DNA from: Lingula anatina
Taxonomy: Eukaryota > Animalia > Brachiopoda
NCBI GenBank assembly: GCA_051362555.1
Contig: CM120645.1
Span: forward strand, 20,088,001 to 20,152,000
Length of the DNA stretch: 64,000 nt
Direction: 5' to 3'
A program made the translations under genes and the position numbers. The notes beneath the pieces were generated by a model that worked only from the letters and a program-made list of their open reading frames with translations, did not search any database and was not told the origin of the DNA. Every line of letters begins with the position of its first letter. Position 1 is the stretch's first letter. Below are positions 15,101-29,548 of this stretch, piece by piece.

Positions 15101-18100
15101 CAACGTGGGGACAAAAGAAAGACAGTAAAGTGACGCAAAGGTCACAGTGAAATGCCATAAGGTGATATTGAAATGGCACAAGGAAACAAAGTGCAAAGTA
15201 ACGGAATGAGACACAAGATATAACAGAATAGACCACAGGGAGACATGTGATGACGCTATGCTGACATCAAGGAGGCTCTGCTGTGACCCTCGATGACAAT
15301 GAGAGGACATGGAAGTCATTGTGACACCGAAGGATGCGACCATCAGGAAAAAGGCTGTCAAGGGAAGACAAACACTAGGAATATCTCACACACCATATTG
15401 CCCCTTCCTTTCGATGGGTCCTTTCTTTTGCACTATATATAGCACATGATGATGGATGAAAAAACAGATTTTGACTTTCCTGCGCAGCAAACGTAGGCCT
15501 ACTTTTTCCGACATCCTCTTTCTGCAAATTACCTTCATCGTGTCCAGTGTGCGTATGTTAAAAGTACTCAAGATTTCATTTGTAGGGCAAATCAATTCCG
15601 GCTGGATTTGGTTTTGTTGCACATTGTAGCTTTGACTAATCTATACTACCCGCGTGATACGTCCGTAAGAAATACACCACTATGACGGGTTTAGAAAGAT
15701 GAATATCCCCAAAACTGAAATAGATACAATTCATTCATTCTCATTTTAGACGAAGAAGGCGGGGTATACTTGGCACCGACAAGAAGTGTGAGATAATACA
15801 CTGTCACCCGAGCGATATGTGAAGGTATCGCCCGAGATCCAATGACGACCATTCCTCTATGTCCAAAACTTTTTATGACAGCTTATCTAATGAATGTTGC
15901 ATTTATAGGTAAAATGCTTTGACATGTTTGGGACTCTGCTACCGCATACAGCATCAGATTCTTATAAATGGTTTTTATCTCACTTCACGCAATTTTTCAA
16001 TTGTTTGTGTGCAATAAACTTACAATCGGAAAGTCAATAAAAATCAAATTTCCATTTGATAACTAATCAATCATGTTATTCACACACATCCTACGCACTC
16101 AAATACTCTTCCGACTTCAACCCAACGTTCGCTGCATATCAAAGCCAAACATTTGATGGCAGCTTATTAGATGAAAATGAATAACTTTACTGAAACCCAA
16201 TTCACCATTGCTGTAATTTTGACAGATCTCTTATTTGCAGCTTTCATAGACTGATAAGATCTGCTCGTCTGCGGGAAAGATATGCAGAAATTTATATTCA
16301 TTTAAAGACATGGACGAATGGCCAAATAACGTGCTAGGGGAAAAAATGACACCCTCCCATCCAGAAAAAGTGCTTTATCCAAGTAAACGCCTAACATACG
16401 TAAATCAATCTGAGATACAGTACACGAATGCAAATCATAAGATGACACCAACTGTTTTTTTATTTTTTAAAAAGCACCATACAGTGTACACTTATAATAT
16501 AAGCAACAATTTACCAGTAAAATCCTAACACCAAATATTCAGTTGTCTACATGGAGTATTTCATATGGCACACATTATAACCAGGAATCCAGCACTTCCT
16601 GAACATCCCCGTGAACTGTTTCAGGGCGGTGTATTGAATATGTATATTATGTATATTATGGATGTTACAGGGTGTAAAAAACACCAGGGGCCTGCTTCAC
16701 AAAATAACTTCCTAAGGTCTGAAGTTGGTTTTAATTTTGAGACTCAAAGTTTTAGTCTACTTTGACTTAAAAGAAACCAGTGGTCGTTCAATTACGAGCG
16801 TATGTGAAACATTTTTCCTGATTTATAGCAAGAAATTAATGGCTTCTCTTTCAAACCAATTGTCATTATTTTACAAGTAACCAACTTCGAAGTTATCCAG
16901 AATTGACGTTTATTACAACTTTGATAGAGTATTATTTAAGTCCAACTTTCGGCCAAATAAATTTTTTTGTGAATTTTTCACGCAACATTAGGCCTTCTGC
17001 CCATATTTAAAATTTATACAACAAATACTCCCCAGTGTGCTATAACCTGAAACCAATGATCTGAAAAGGAATCGCAACGCAAATCATGATAGAGAGACAC
17101 TTCTTATTTTTACTCAAATTCTTTAACTAACTCAAATTAAATTCTTTGAATAATCTTAGAACGCTTGCCTAACCGTGACCATACACGGTCAATTTGATGT
17201 TTTATTGACACAACTTAAGATTACCAAATTCGTGAATTGCAACCTCTGCGAACAACGGAGGCAAACGACAAGTACATAATGGAATGTACTGTGTCGCCTG
17301 CCAATGCCGGAAATGAACGAATATGGGCGAAAGGCACCGACGATGCCCTGGATGTCAGTAAATGTCTCAGGGCTTATTGGATTGGTGATGACAATGATGG
17401 ATTTGCAGGTGCGACTATCTTAAGGGTAAGATTTATCCGTGTCTCTCATGTTATCCGGAACAGCTAAAAAGTTACTAGTAACATGTACATACAGTTGTAG
17501 CCTGAATGTGACTGCGTGAAACCCTATCATCACGTGGAAATGACGCAGTTATGTACAGTATATATGGGCGTAAAATAAGCGACGGTTATTGTGGTGTGAT
17601 TGTTATACCACTATCAATGATTCTTCTTAGCGAACGTCAGAACGCGTGTGTCTTTAATCACTTTCAAGTCATCTCAGTTTCATTAGATACCCCAATGCAT
17701 TTGTCTACGCCAGCTCTGCCAGCAAGCAGATACCTTATGCATCGATTACTCTCAAAAATAGCCACAGCGATCTAAAGATGCTGATAAAAACCATCAGTGT
17801 TAATTCTCAAATGACTTTCTTTCGCAGATATATTCACTGAAAGAGCAAGTAGGAAGTTGCGAAAAAGCTTCGAGTTATAACACCGAAACGAAGTTTTGTA
17901 TTATTAAACCCTTTATGACCCTCGAGAGGAAAGGAGACACAGTTAACTGCACCTGGCTCACTGTTACCCGACTTAAAAATCGTTCATTTTATTTCCCAGG
18001 TGATTTTTGATAGCTAATAAAAGAGGTCAAAAAGCATATATTCCGTAGCCTATAGTAGTGAAACTTGGAAAAAGTTGATAGGCTATTCAGAAAATGATGA

Positions 18101-21100
18101 ATCCCCTGTATTGATGCCAATACAAGGAAGTAAAGAAGGTAGCAGAAGAAAAAGTCTGATACACCTTTCCAGGGGGCTCACAGAATCTACCTCTTTCACA
18201 CTGGTTTTTAAATTATGGAATGAATTTTTACGCGCGTTTACACTGACTTAGGGTTCACTACAAACTAAAAAACATGCAATTACTGTTTTCAGTCACCGCA
18301 CAGTAACTGGAAACTACAGGGGCATATGCCAGAAGTGGTAGTTAATTTCCTGTAATCTCCGCAACTCAGGGTACTCTGTCGGCTCACAGGTCCAAAGTGA
18401 ATTGATAAAAGGCCTTGTGGCAGTATCTCCCAATAATTACCCTAATCTCAAAATGGATTTTTTTATTATTTGGCTGATGTAGGATTATTATGTACCGGCT
18501 GACATGTAACCCAAAGGCTACATGAACAAACAGTATGTATGTTTTAATATCACGAATATTCTAGTTCATTATTCAAGTCATGTGCATTAATATGATTTAT
18601 TCAAGTCGACTGATGGATGCCATACTGTTTTCAACCAATAAGTACAGTGCATGTCAGTTTGCACGCACACACATTCTAAGACCCCATTTCCATAGTTAGA
18701 TCGACCTACTTTAGATCGACCCAACTCCCTGGGGGTTCACGCTAAATAGCTGTCAGCCGGGCGGACACGAAAGTTAATTACCCCTTACAGCTTGTAGTAG
18801 GCGGGACGGACATTTAAGTCGGATTATCTGAAAGTAATCTAGTGAGACTCCCCGCGGGGATAGATCGATCTAAAATCTATGGGAATAGAGCCTAAGTGAA
18901 AATCTAGATTTTATCTTAAGCGTAAGGCTATAAAAATCACGTCATTTAAAAACTACGAAGGCTTTTAGGAACAGCAGAATTAAGAATTTCATGTCACATC
19001 AACTATATACTGACTGGTTTTGTTTTAGGGCCTTTATCAAAAGTTGCTTTCTAGAATATTGGGGAAATTTATACTGTATTTTCAAATCCAGGTGTTCTAA
19101 CAGTACACGTGTCATGCGATTTTAAGATGTAACCATTTTGATTGGTCCTCGTGGCCTTCAATAGCTATCCCATTGTGCGTGTTGAAGTTACACTATAAAT
19201 ACAAATACATTTGGGCACAGTTTTAAAATCAATAAATAGATAGCTCAATTTACGATTAACTTTATGCACATTTACATCTTCTTGGAATTATTTCATCACA
19301 CAATACGGCAATACAATAGTTTTAAGGTCATTTATTCAATGCATGCTGATGTTGGTACCTTACCAGGTAAATACAACCATCACAAACATTACACAAATGA
19401 TAATAGGGCGACACTTCTTAATACAATGTTTCGTGTATGTGTATATACAATGGCAAATGCACTTGCACAGCTTAATTGTGTACACTCACAATGGCCACTC
19501 ACATTGGTCCTACACACAAGGAGAATGCCAACTTTCGTTTTTTAATAGAACAGGAAAAAAATTAGCGACACAGAGTGGCGCATGTTACGAAATGTTAGAT
19601 CTTTTGCATATTATTCGACTTCCGGTATATCAAAATAAGGTTCATTTCTCTCATGAGAGACCCATCATCATTGTCCATTTAAATGAAAGGATTGGTGTTT
19701 TGTCATAGTACTAATCTACATCGATTTCCCTTCTATGTTCCATCCACGGCGGAAATTATTATACAATGATATAATGTATTAAATACGTTTATAGGCAGGT
19801 CTATATAATCATGTTGTGCAACTAGACTAAATGATTCATGTGCGTTTTCTTTTTTGCCTTAACGCGGAACTAAAAATCAGAAACCCTTTTATTTACAACG
19901 CACAAAGGAAGCATCTTTTTTATTTTTCCATTGAACAGAAAAAAAAGGAAATGGAAACGGTTCTCATTATAAGTCTATTGTTATCATGGATGTTGTAACT
20001 ATTGCATGAGGCACTCTGCAACCGAAAACTCCGCTGGGATGGTTCTTCAATGTTGCCAATCACAGCCAAAGTGCTCTTGCCGTCAAATGACATACGTTCT
20101 CCCGTTTAAGCTCTATCACATCAATTATTACAAGGTTTAACACTGCATAATGCACAGTCCGCATTCGGAAGTTAATTTCCAAAAACCTCTCGATTCCCTG
20201 CAGCCCTTGGATGTTGTATAATGCTGTAATTGGCTTATCGGTTTCATAAGACGGACCACAGGGGTTCAGCGAGTTCGTTTGGCAGTTAGCCCGTTACAGC
20301 GTCCATCCAGCTTCACCGAGATACAAACTAAGTTTTTAACAAGATTCATTGGTCAATAAAAGTCCATGGGCACCATGGGCAGATACAGGACACAAAGGTC
20401 TTAATATAACAGCAATGTCCAGTTTAGGGAGGGGGGGGCAGAGGCAGCACGCGCCCCATTCTAGATTGTAAGGGTACCCTTCTTTTCCAATTTTCCTTCT
20501 AGAAAGCATTCTGATGACAGAAGGACACTAAATTAAACAATATACAAACCTCTTATGAAGTAAAATTGTTCCCGTCTAGTCTTCACATCAAGAGAGTGGA
20601 AATATGTGTCTTAATTTTAATTTCCAATGTTCCTCTGAAACTCAGGGTGGGCCCTCCCCTCCCCCCCCCCCCCCACACTCCACCAACCCCACTCCCCAAC
20701 CCCGTCACAGCAGAGTCCCCAGACCTTCAGTGAACAGCTAGATGTCGGGGCATTGATAAATCACATTTATCACTGCATAACTCCATATTTGATCAAAGTC
20801 TCATTTATCACTTTATAGCATCGTAGTTGACAGACGAATTTCCTTGTGAGACCCGTGCCTTGTTACGCAAATAGAATTACTTATTTTGATATTGAAATGG
20901 ATTACATGAGGGCAACATTGAACCGAGGGCACGTTATTTTATCAACAGTGGAGACTGGCGGCTTTCACAAAGGGAGGGGCGCTACCTTGTTTGTTACAAG
21001 CCAAGTTCAGGTTTGAGGGAGGTGAAAGCATTTCCCGAATACGACCAAATTTCCATCATACCCAGATAATGAAAGATACTCATTTGTACCTGGGGGTGTC

Positions 21101-24100
21101 TCCGAAAAAAAATTGCTTTCGCTCAACAGTCAGTTTTACAAGAAATGTCGAAAACTGACAATTTTCTTTATTTTAGGCAAAGAAAGGTATCTACACTGAA
21201 GCGATAAATTCCTATCCTATGCTATCCTATGCTTTTGAACTGAAACACCTGCGCGGTTATGGTCAGCGTGACATTGAATTCAGATTCATTGAAAACTTCA
21301 TTCTAGTATCCGTGGATGCCTGAATTAGGCCCTTAGTCTTAACTCGCTACCTTGTACAGTGGATTAGGGGGTCTTAAAATCAACATTATGTATTTGAAAT
21401 ACAAAGAAGCAAACGGTGTTCCCTTTTTGGAAAAGTGGCATTCAGACACAAAACACATTTTTCAAGGCACACAATGAGCGATGTGGAGGAAACATTTTCT
21501 TCATTTGAACACCAAAGTGTAAACCGTACACAAAATTACAATTCATCAACCCGTTTTTGAGTTCCAAGTCTCTAGTTTCGCTCGTGGAGGCATAAATTTG
21601 AAATTCAGAACTCGAAATCGGGCTTGCACATGTACATGTACAATTAAGCTGTGCATTTTCTACACGTTGTTGGAGAGGGTGTGACTTGGTCATAAAAGGA
21701 ATATGGCTGAAATTTCCAAAAGAAAATCATAAGAATAATAATATTTGTTGTATAAAAAATCTAAAGCGTATTGTTTGCCTTCCATGGCCATATATCTGTC
21801 AAACTTTTCAGATCTCCAAACCTTACAGGCAAAGTTGACTAACGAGCCAATAAAGGAAGACAGAATCTAATAACCGTGTGTTCGTAATACGATAAAGAAC
21901 AGTGTCAGTTATGTATGAGGTTTGAATTTGAACAAGATTCAGCCTATGTGTGGCGAATCTTAGACCCCATTTCCATAGATTTTAGATCGATCTATCCCTG
22001 TGGGGAGTCTCACTAGATTACTGTCAGCTTAGCCGGCTTAAGCGTCTGTCCCGCTTACTAAAAGCTGTAAGGGGGTAATTAACTATGGTGCGCGCTCGGC
22101 TGACTGCAATTTAGCGTGAACCCCCAGGGAAATAGGTCGATCTAAATTTTAATCTCTGGATCAATCTAAATCTCTGTGAATACACCCTTATAGATGATGC
22201 TTGTTTCATGGATCCTCTAAGTGCATTCGCTCACGTAGGGTACATAGCGGAGAAAAGCTGATAACCTGAACCATATAGGTCGGTCAGATTAATTTGACGA
22301 GAGAAGGATACGAAGATGACAATCTAATCTGTTTCTAACTTTGACATATTCGTGGGCTGATATTTCAATTCTACTTTCAAGTTTTATCGACCACAAAAAC
22401 CTTGAACGCTCGACCAATTCTTGACTGCACATGGCGGCCATGACACCTAGAGCCGACATTTTCCGTCGTCTGCTTCATTTCTTCCAATCATTCCTCAGAC
22501 GACTCCTTCTGCCCTTTTATCTCTGTTTTTCTACGACATTTCTGCTTTGTGTTGAATAATACTCACTGCGTGAAATGTTGTTTAAGTTCAGCACGGCAAC
22601 AAGAGAGCACAGTGGGAAAAAAGTAATTTGCTGGGAAAGTCTCTATTGGAGTTCAAATGCGTAAATCTAAAGTGACCACAGAATAAACAATGCTAATTTC
22701 GGGCGAACAAAAATTACCGTGAGATTAATGGTCTCTTTAGAGATGTCTTATTACTATACCAAACAGTGCACAGGTTAGACTAATTCTAAAATCAACTGCA
22801 TTTAAAAAAGAACTTACTTTTAATAGCATACTTACATGTCGTAGGTTCTGCTCTTGAGAGAAAACGAGATCGATTTAGACTTTTCAATTACGTAAGTTAA
22901 AGAACACCGGCTAATACCAACCGTTCAAATCGAAGATACCCGCATCAGGGAAACAGTTTAATTAAGATTTAAAGTACTTGTCGCTTTCTCAATTAAAATT
23001 CTTTTACGTAAAAATGTCCATTTAAGTGAAAACATGTTAGGTGTCTTCACTGAAGATATCTCTCCATTATTGAAAGAAAATTTAACGCATGTCCATTTAT
23101 TTCTAAGTGCAAGTCCATCTGCGCTTTTGGCAAGCCCGTAGCGCACATTGCCACTACAGCATAATGCTAAGACATTAAACATGAACATAACACTAGAGCA
23201 CACGCATGCACACACGCGCGCCCATTCCATGTAATAAACATATTATTAAGTTTGTTTCAAGTTCGAAAATATCGACAAGTTTGGAAAATGTAGACGGTTT
23301 TTTGAAAATGTAGACGTCTGTTGCCAAGTCAGCTTCCTGTGAGTGTTTGGAAATAGACCGGTTCTTAGCAGCATGTAACGATATTGCATCACCACCTGAG
23401 GACTGTGAATAAAAACACTGTTTTTTATAAAGCTGCTAATGGATATCAACCAAAGGCAGACAAACATAAGCCCTGTGGATACGTACATACACACACTTGC
23501 ACACATAAATATGCATATACGCGCACGCATACCCTCACGAGCGATCACTTTCCACAAACAAATTTCCCGAAGCTATCAACCGTTGGGAATATGTCTAGTC
23601 TCCTTTTTGGAAAACTAACGCTAATAGGGTAAAGGCAAAATAAAAACTGGCGCGGAATGGACTGCTCTGAAATGATCCGGGAAGAACGCCCCTATCATTT
23701 GGAATATTTAACCTGGTTCGTTGCTGACAATGCGCTCGTCTTGATCCTCTAATAATCGATAACCACATTCCAATGAAACAAACGGAACCAGATGGTAACG
23801 AGCCGTCCATCCCATTAGTGAGTGAAATATCCCGCAGTGAGGTGTGATTTCCAGCTGCACATGTAACATTAGGAGATTTGATTGTTTCGTGGGAATTATT
23901 TCGGTGACTTAATCTTTTGGTTGCAGTCTCTAATGACCCTTGTAACGTTGGCCGATTGCCGTCGAATGTTACTCGTATTGTATGCGATATTTTGTTACCT
24001 GACTAGTCTTTATTTTGCTGCTCTAGTGCCGCATGTAAGCCACGTCTTGGCTTGGTGCATAATGGAATATTCGTTGGACGACTTAATTCTTTCTTACTTA

Positions 24101-26900
24101 AAAGACAAACACGTCGCTTTGTGGTTGCCGTTTAGCCACATGATGCGACATTTGCATTTCATATATGCCAATAAACTTGCACAGTTAATTAAAAAGACTA
24201 ACTTAATTTAATAAGTGCAATTCAATATTATGAAGTTTTCAATAACAAGAGTATCTTAATAACAAGATCTGAAATAAATGAAAGTTGTCGTAAACCATAA
24301 CATCAATAATTTTGTCGCCTTAAAGATTGCTTGTGTACCCATATAACAGCTGATGCAGCACGCTTTATTCGGAGCCATCCTCAATCATTTCAAATGTACT
24401 TCCAAACTAATAGAGCTGCCCCGATAGAACTATTCAGTAAAATCAAAATGGCATTTGGCAGTTTAGTGGATGTTGCAAATTGAACAAGATCTGCAGTTAA
24501 AACGGTATCAATTAAACAAAGTGACTGCATAAATGCCAGGTAGAGGTCATTTAAGTCGTGCCCAAAACTGGCCAAACAAATGACCGATGTGGCGTTTTCC
24601 ACATTCAGATATCCTCACTTCACTTTTCCAAGACGATCCACCGGAAGTAATTAGAAGCATTTGGGAATTTGACAAATAGGCAAAAGCCAAATCAATCAAA
24701 CGGGCTAGTTATAATATTATTGTTAAACAAGGTAGATATGCAAGCCAGAGGCCCAAGATGTGCGTTCTTGGGCAGCACTGACAACACGTATTGCTTGGCA
24801 TTACAATAATTGGTCATTCAATTTGTATGAGATTAATCAAAGCCACGAGGGAGCAAGGGGTTTAACGTTCACTGAAGCGAAATGAGGAAACATCACTGTT
24901 GGGATTCAGAAAATGCTCCATTCGGAGTAAATTAATAAAGTATCACTGCGTCTGCTGTTATTGAATGGGTCATATGTTTTAATGTATTACAGCCATTAAA
25001 GATTTGCAGCATGTAACTTCGAAGTGCAGTGCAGCCACAGTGGACTTGCCATTTTGCGAAAGACGCTGATTGTGCTGAGATTTGAAATATAGCATTCTCT
25101 CACTGAAAAAACCAAACCAAATACTTGGTTGTTTACACTACCTTTAGATTATCGTTTCATTCATTCATTCATTCATTCATTCATTCATTCATTCATTCAT
25201 TCATAATTCTTAAAGAATTTTCAACTGAATTCAACAAACAGACAGTGGAGTTTGGTTAATAAATAACATATTAAGGGAAAGTGTTATTAGGGCTAATGTC
25301 ATAAATCCCTAATTTTTCACGTCCTTTAAGATGCAACTCATGTTCAGTTAATAGATTACGTAACTCTATAGTTTTTTTTCTTTTTTAGCGCTTCTCTACG
25401 TCGTATGAATGCATATTCTGGTGATACACGCCAACAATAACAAAAACGGCTCAATAGTGTGCTTTAAAGTCACTTTTGTGCGTTTAATGTTACCTTTATA
25501 ATGCCTTTCATCCGTTAAATACGTTTTAATACTTTTGACTGATAAAGGTGTCCGATGGATATTGAAACGCTTCAAGTAAGTTGAAGCTAACTTTTGTGAA
25601 ATAAAAGAAAATATAACGTCTTATACAGTTTATATTGCCTTTATCTAACCTATGGGCTTTATTGGACATTCCTTTCATTATTTTTTAATATTGGCTTAGA
25701 CCCCAAGTCACCCGTCAGTGACGCACATATTCGGTTTGATACTTGCATAACTGTTACAAACCACATTTTAATTACTGTTGACTTCTTACCACACTGGAGG
25801 ATATATACTGTTGTAGTAAACAGAAAAAATATTGGAGAGAGTCAGATTCTTGCAAATATCACACAAAATGTGAGCGTAAGTGATGTAACTCACAGAGTGA
25901 CTTTTTTTTGCTTATTTGCCATTAAATCGATGGTGTGTGTGGGTGTCAGACAAGTTGAAAATGGAATTGAAATGAAACTTCAGTGCCCAAGCCAATAATT
26001 ACACGAAATCACACTGAAAATGAGAGGGTGATTTCTATTATTACCTTAAATACTTTCAACTTATTACAAAGCGCAGCCATTGTATTTCATTGTGCTAGGC
26101 GACTTTGGTGCATTGGGTGTGACGTCACTGATTGTGTTAGGAGTGACATTGTGTTAGGTGTGACATTGTGTTGGCGGTGATAGTTACTCACAGAATCTTC
26201 TCCCAGACTCCTTTCCCAAACTTTGATATCACCAGGTCCTTGACAACGACATGGATTTGTCCATACTGAAAGATAGAAAATCACATCAAACGTCAAATTC
26301 ATCGTTTCAGTATATAGAGCTGTAAAGAGATTTTAATGTGTTATTAGCAGTATTAGCTCTAATACATAAAGCATGTTATGCAACAGTTTTAGGGCATAAA
26401 CAATATAAACCCTGTATACGTAAAATTTGTTTACTTTTCCTCCATGTGGTCTGCTATAAAAAGGTTGTGTCCGTAGAGAAGAAATTAACATAGATTAATA
26501 ATAACTACCAGACTATTTAAATTTGACGTATTGAAAACACACACACACACATACATTCATATGTTTTATTTCATGAACCAGTTTAAACCAAGACATGATA
26601 AAAAAGTGTCACTAGATCTACAGTTGTGTTTCTGTAACTGAAACTGGCAATCACGCCAACTGACAACGTTTCAGTAAAAATCTAGCCGAGATGAGATTAA
26701 GACAAAACCGTCGACAAGATTCCAAAAGGGTGGATCTAATTGGCACGGCTATTCGACAATATAGACATCAGTATAGACTGCCCAATTCTCTACCACTCTA
26801 AAGTGGGGTGAAATAAAAATTAAAACACAGCTGAGGAAGCGACCCACCTCCAATAGCCACTGACGTTACCACAAACATACGGCAAAACTCAACTCACCAT
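2031..26900 (-). CDS. GUCY1B2: Soluble guanylate cyclase beta-2-like subunit (H-NOX, PAS/HNOBA, coiled coil, cyclase, CaaX), ~719 aa
   Basis: Coding exons in transcript order: 26898-26900 (gctgccATG|gtgagt), 26192-26265 ([24 protein letters not shown]), 10372-10472, 8842-9025 ([30 protein letters not shown]), 6854-6930 ([10 protein letters not shown], YxSxR), 5919-6446 (FCTAFPFH), 5221-5392 ([15 protein letters not shown]), 4630-4775 ([11 protein letters not shown]), 4226-4374 ([12 protein letters not shown]), 3657-3803 (VETIGDAYM), 3097-3251 ([24 protein letters not shown]), 2031-2454 (ends CQLM*). All introns are GT-AG with consistent phases; total 2160 nt. The beta-2 assignment rests on recalled N-terminal similarity plus the CaaX end. 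Confidence 0.92.
7096..7220. repeat. (CA)n and (GA)n microsatellites
   Basis: Directly visible dinucleotide runs. Confidence 0.95.
8111..8263. mobile_element. MITE family B, copy 1
   Basis: TIRs GGCCCCGTATCTCGAAAGCATCGC / GCGATGCTTTCGAGATACGGGGCC. Confidence 0.75.
9074..9176. repeat. (AAT)n immediately followed by (ATT)n microsatellite
   Basis: Directly visible; the two arms are reverse complements. Confidence 0.95.
18680..18892. mobile_element. MITE family A, copy 1 (PIF/Harbinger-like)
   Basis: Imperfect TIRs GACCCCATTTCCATAG..TAGATCGA / TCGATCTAAAATCTATGGGAATAGAGCC, flanked by TAA on both sides. Homologous to four other copies in the window. Confidence 0.8.
21963..22187. mobile_element. 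MITE family A, copy 2 (inverted relative to copy 1)
   Basis: TTA|GACCCCATTTCCATAGATTTTAGATCGATCTA..GGGGAGTCTCACTAG..TACACCC|TTA, with a 3-bp TTA target duplication. Confidence 0.8.
25157..25204. repeat. (TTCA)n microsatellite
   Basis: Directly visible. Confidence 0.95.
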
Positions 26901-29351
26901 GGCAGCTTAAGACGGATCCCAAGAGAGTCTTAGCAGTCTGGCCACTTAGCTCAAATATGTATTATTCAAGGCTACTTCTTAATTGAATGTAACGAGTATG
27001 GTTAAGATGACATTTACTCCATCGAAGAAAGTCTTGCACTGGATTGCGTAAAAGAGTTTTGATGTTAAATGCGTTTTGTATTTGCTTCAAACTAACGTAA
27101 GAATCCTTTGACCTTTTATATTTCAATAGCAAAGGAATCGTTGCTCCCGCTACAGATTGATATACTGTATGAAAGTGACCGTATCCCTTTCTTCATTACC
27201 AAAACTTTATACTTTTTAATTCTGTTTCAGCCTCGCAACGTGTTCCGTCGAAGCAAAACCGCCAAAGACCGTTGACATCAACTTTTAAGTTCTCCACTAT
27301 TTGAGGCCATGAAAATGTCGTGCATTCCTTGCAATGCAGGCATACCCTATATATGTACTTCTAATACTAGCACCCTGAGTGTGGTCCATCCATGTCGTAA
27401 GGCATACAGAGGAAAGTTCCTACAAATTGACGGGTGTTAAACAGACCATTGCCCCGTATGGCGTACATCGCAGTTTACTCGTGGAAGAGACCGTGGCGAG
27501 CACTCTATAGTGTAACGGTAGACTAATAGAATGTCACCTGTGTAGCTGTCCATCAAAGCAAACGAACTAGAATAGATCGATGAGAAGGAGGCAACCGCGT
27601 CTAATCACGGCATCCTTCACATTATACGCGTGTCTTGATTGTCCTGTGGCTTGAGATAGAAGATTCACGAGTAGGATTTATGATTCAGATGTGTTGCATG
27701 AGAACTGTTCCTTGGCGCATTACAGGGATGTCTTCGAGGAGGGATTTTAGTCTATGGTAATACCAGGGGCTTAGTAAACAAATAATTTTAAAGCCATATG
27801 CCTTACTTAATTAAACATTAAGCAAAATTATGGACCATGCTTATTTATAATTGGGATAGGATGGCACTTTCTTCTATCAAATTCTGCAAAATTGAAAACA
27901 GGTGTCAGATGCCATTACGTCATAGGATAACATGTATCATAACGTTGGGCGTGGACATCATAAAATTTTGACGTGAGCATCATAAAATAGTGACGTGGAC
28001 ACCAGAACACGATGACGTGATGAACTTGTTTTCGTTACCATTAATTAAGATTTCGTTTCTAATGATTCAACGAAGAAGACCAATGTCAAATTCTGAATTT
28101 TCCATACCAATAGAAAATTATATGGAATATTGAGCTCTTTCCCAGCCCAGTTCTTCAATTTCTTTCTCTCGTTACTACTCTTTCCGTGATACTGTTTTTT
28201 TAAAACAACACACCCTGTAAAGATGTTTTTAGAATGAAATATTTAAATTGAAACACGTTTAGTCAATGTATCATATATGTACTGAATCCTCCTGCATTGT
28301 TTTAACTTTGACACACAACAGGTGCTAGTGCTAGCATAAAATCCAACCGACGAATTTGAACATGTAGGGGCCTACTTGTCGCACTGCGCTGATCGACGCA
28401 AAATGTTATAGAAACCATATGAAATGGAAAGCACTATCCGAAACTACCCCAAAACGCCGTAAACAGTACTATTTTGCCCACGGCAAAGCGAGCTGTAGAT
28501 GGCTTAATCATCTCAATTAAATCTGCCAATTAGTCCGAATACAAAGCATTAACGTCAGTTAATGACATTTCTATTCCACGGACATCTATTAATGTGAAGT
28601 GACTTGTCACAATTACCAAAACGTTCAATACAAAATGAAGTATTGGCGGATACCGGGATAATTTACTAAGTGCTGACCCGGACGAACTGCGCAGAAAAAT
28701 GGACTGGCCATTCTGCACTGTTTAATACCGCCTTCAATATGAATGAATTCCGTAAGGTCATGAGTACTCTTTTCTTATTTGTCTTTCGTAAATCTTGAAA
28801 AATGGTGCCACCATCCCGATCAAGCCGGTAGCTGCGCGTCAATAGCAAACTTGGTTATTTTATATGCTTAAGTGTTCTGGCAAACTCGTGTTGTTGTACG
28901 AATATCGTACTAAGTTTGTCATGTGAATAAAGCAAAGGAGCATCAATTGCACGCATAATCGCTTTAATCAAAGCCAATTCGCTTCATTCATTTAATTCGT
29001 TTTATCCTTCTACCTATTAATCTATATATGTACCTTTATTGTGCATACATTTAAATCTTCAGTGAGAAGTCATTAAACAATTTCGTTGACATGTACGTGT
29101 CGACATCTACGTTCCCAAAGTACATGTGCAGAGTATATAATAAATAAAAGATAAGAAATGGAAACATTATCAGGTTTGCACTATCAAAAGGCACTCCAAA
29201 AACGATTTAATATGTAAAGCTTCACAGGTTCTAACCCGTTATGTCGTTACGCTACCATTTATTGCCTTAAAAACCCATTTACGTCTTGAAAAGACACTGG
29301 CGTTAAAAAAAAAGATTAGGTACATGTTATTTTTCAATACTAAAAATATAT

Positions 29352-29548
29352 CAGGCCCGTAGCCGGGGGGGGGGGGGGGGGGGGGGGGGGGTTCGGGGGG
29401 TTCGGGGGGTTCGAAAGAACCACCCTTTTTGCTGGGAAAAGGTCCACTCTGGGTAAAAATTGACCTATGTACTTGAGGATTTTATTGTAAAAGGTCCACT
29501 TTTTTCAGAAAACGAACCCCCCCTCTGAAATTGCTGGCTACGGGCTTG
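29352..29548. mobile_element. MITE with poly-G tract
   Basis: TIRs CAGGCCCGTAGCC / GGCTACGGGCTTG, with an internal repeated AAAAGGTCCACT. Confidence 0.7.

Noticed and set aside
14738-15361. 207-aa and 126-aa minus-strand ORFs
   Set aside because: Products of low-complexity TGACA-rich sequence with no recognisable domain.
10473-26191. Nested gene within the 15.7-kb cyclase intron
   Set aside because: I found no recognisable exon chain or domain by eye. Short exons or ncRNAs cannot be excluded without a search.
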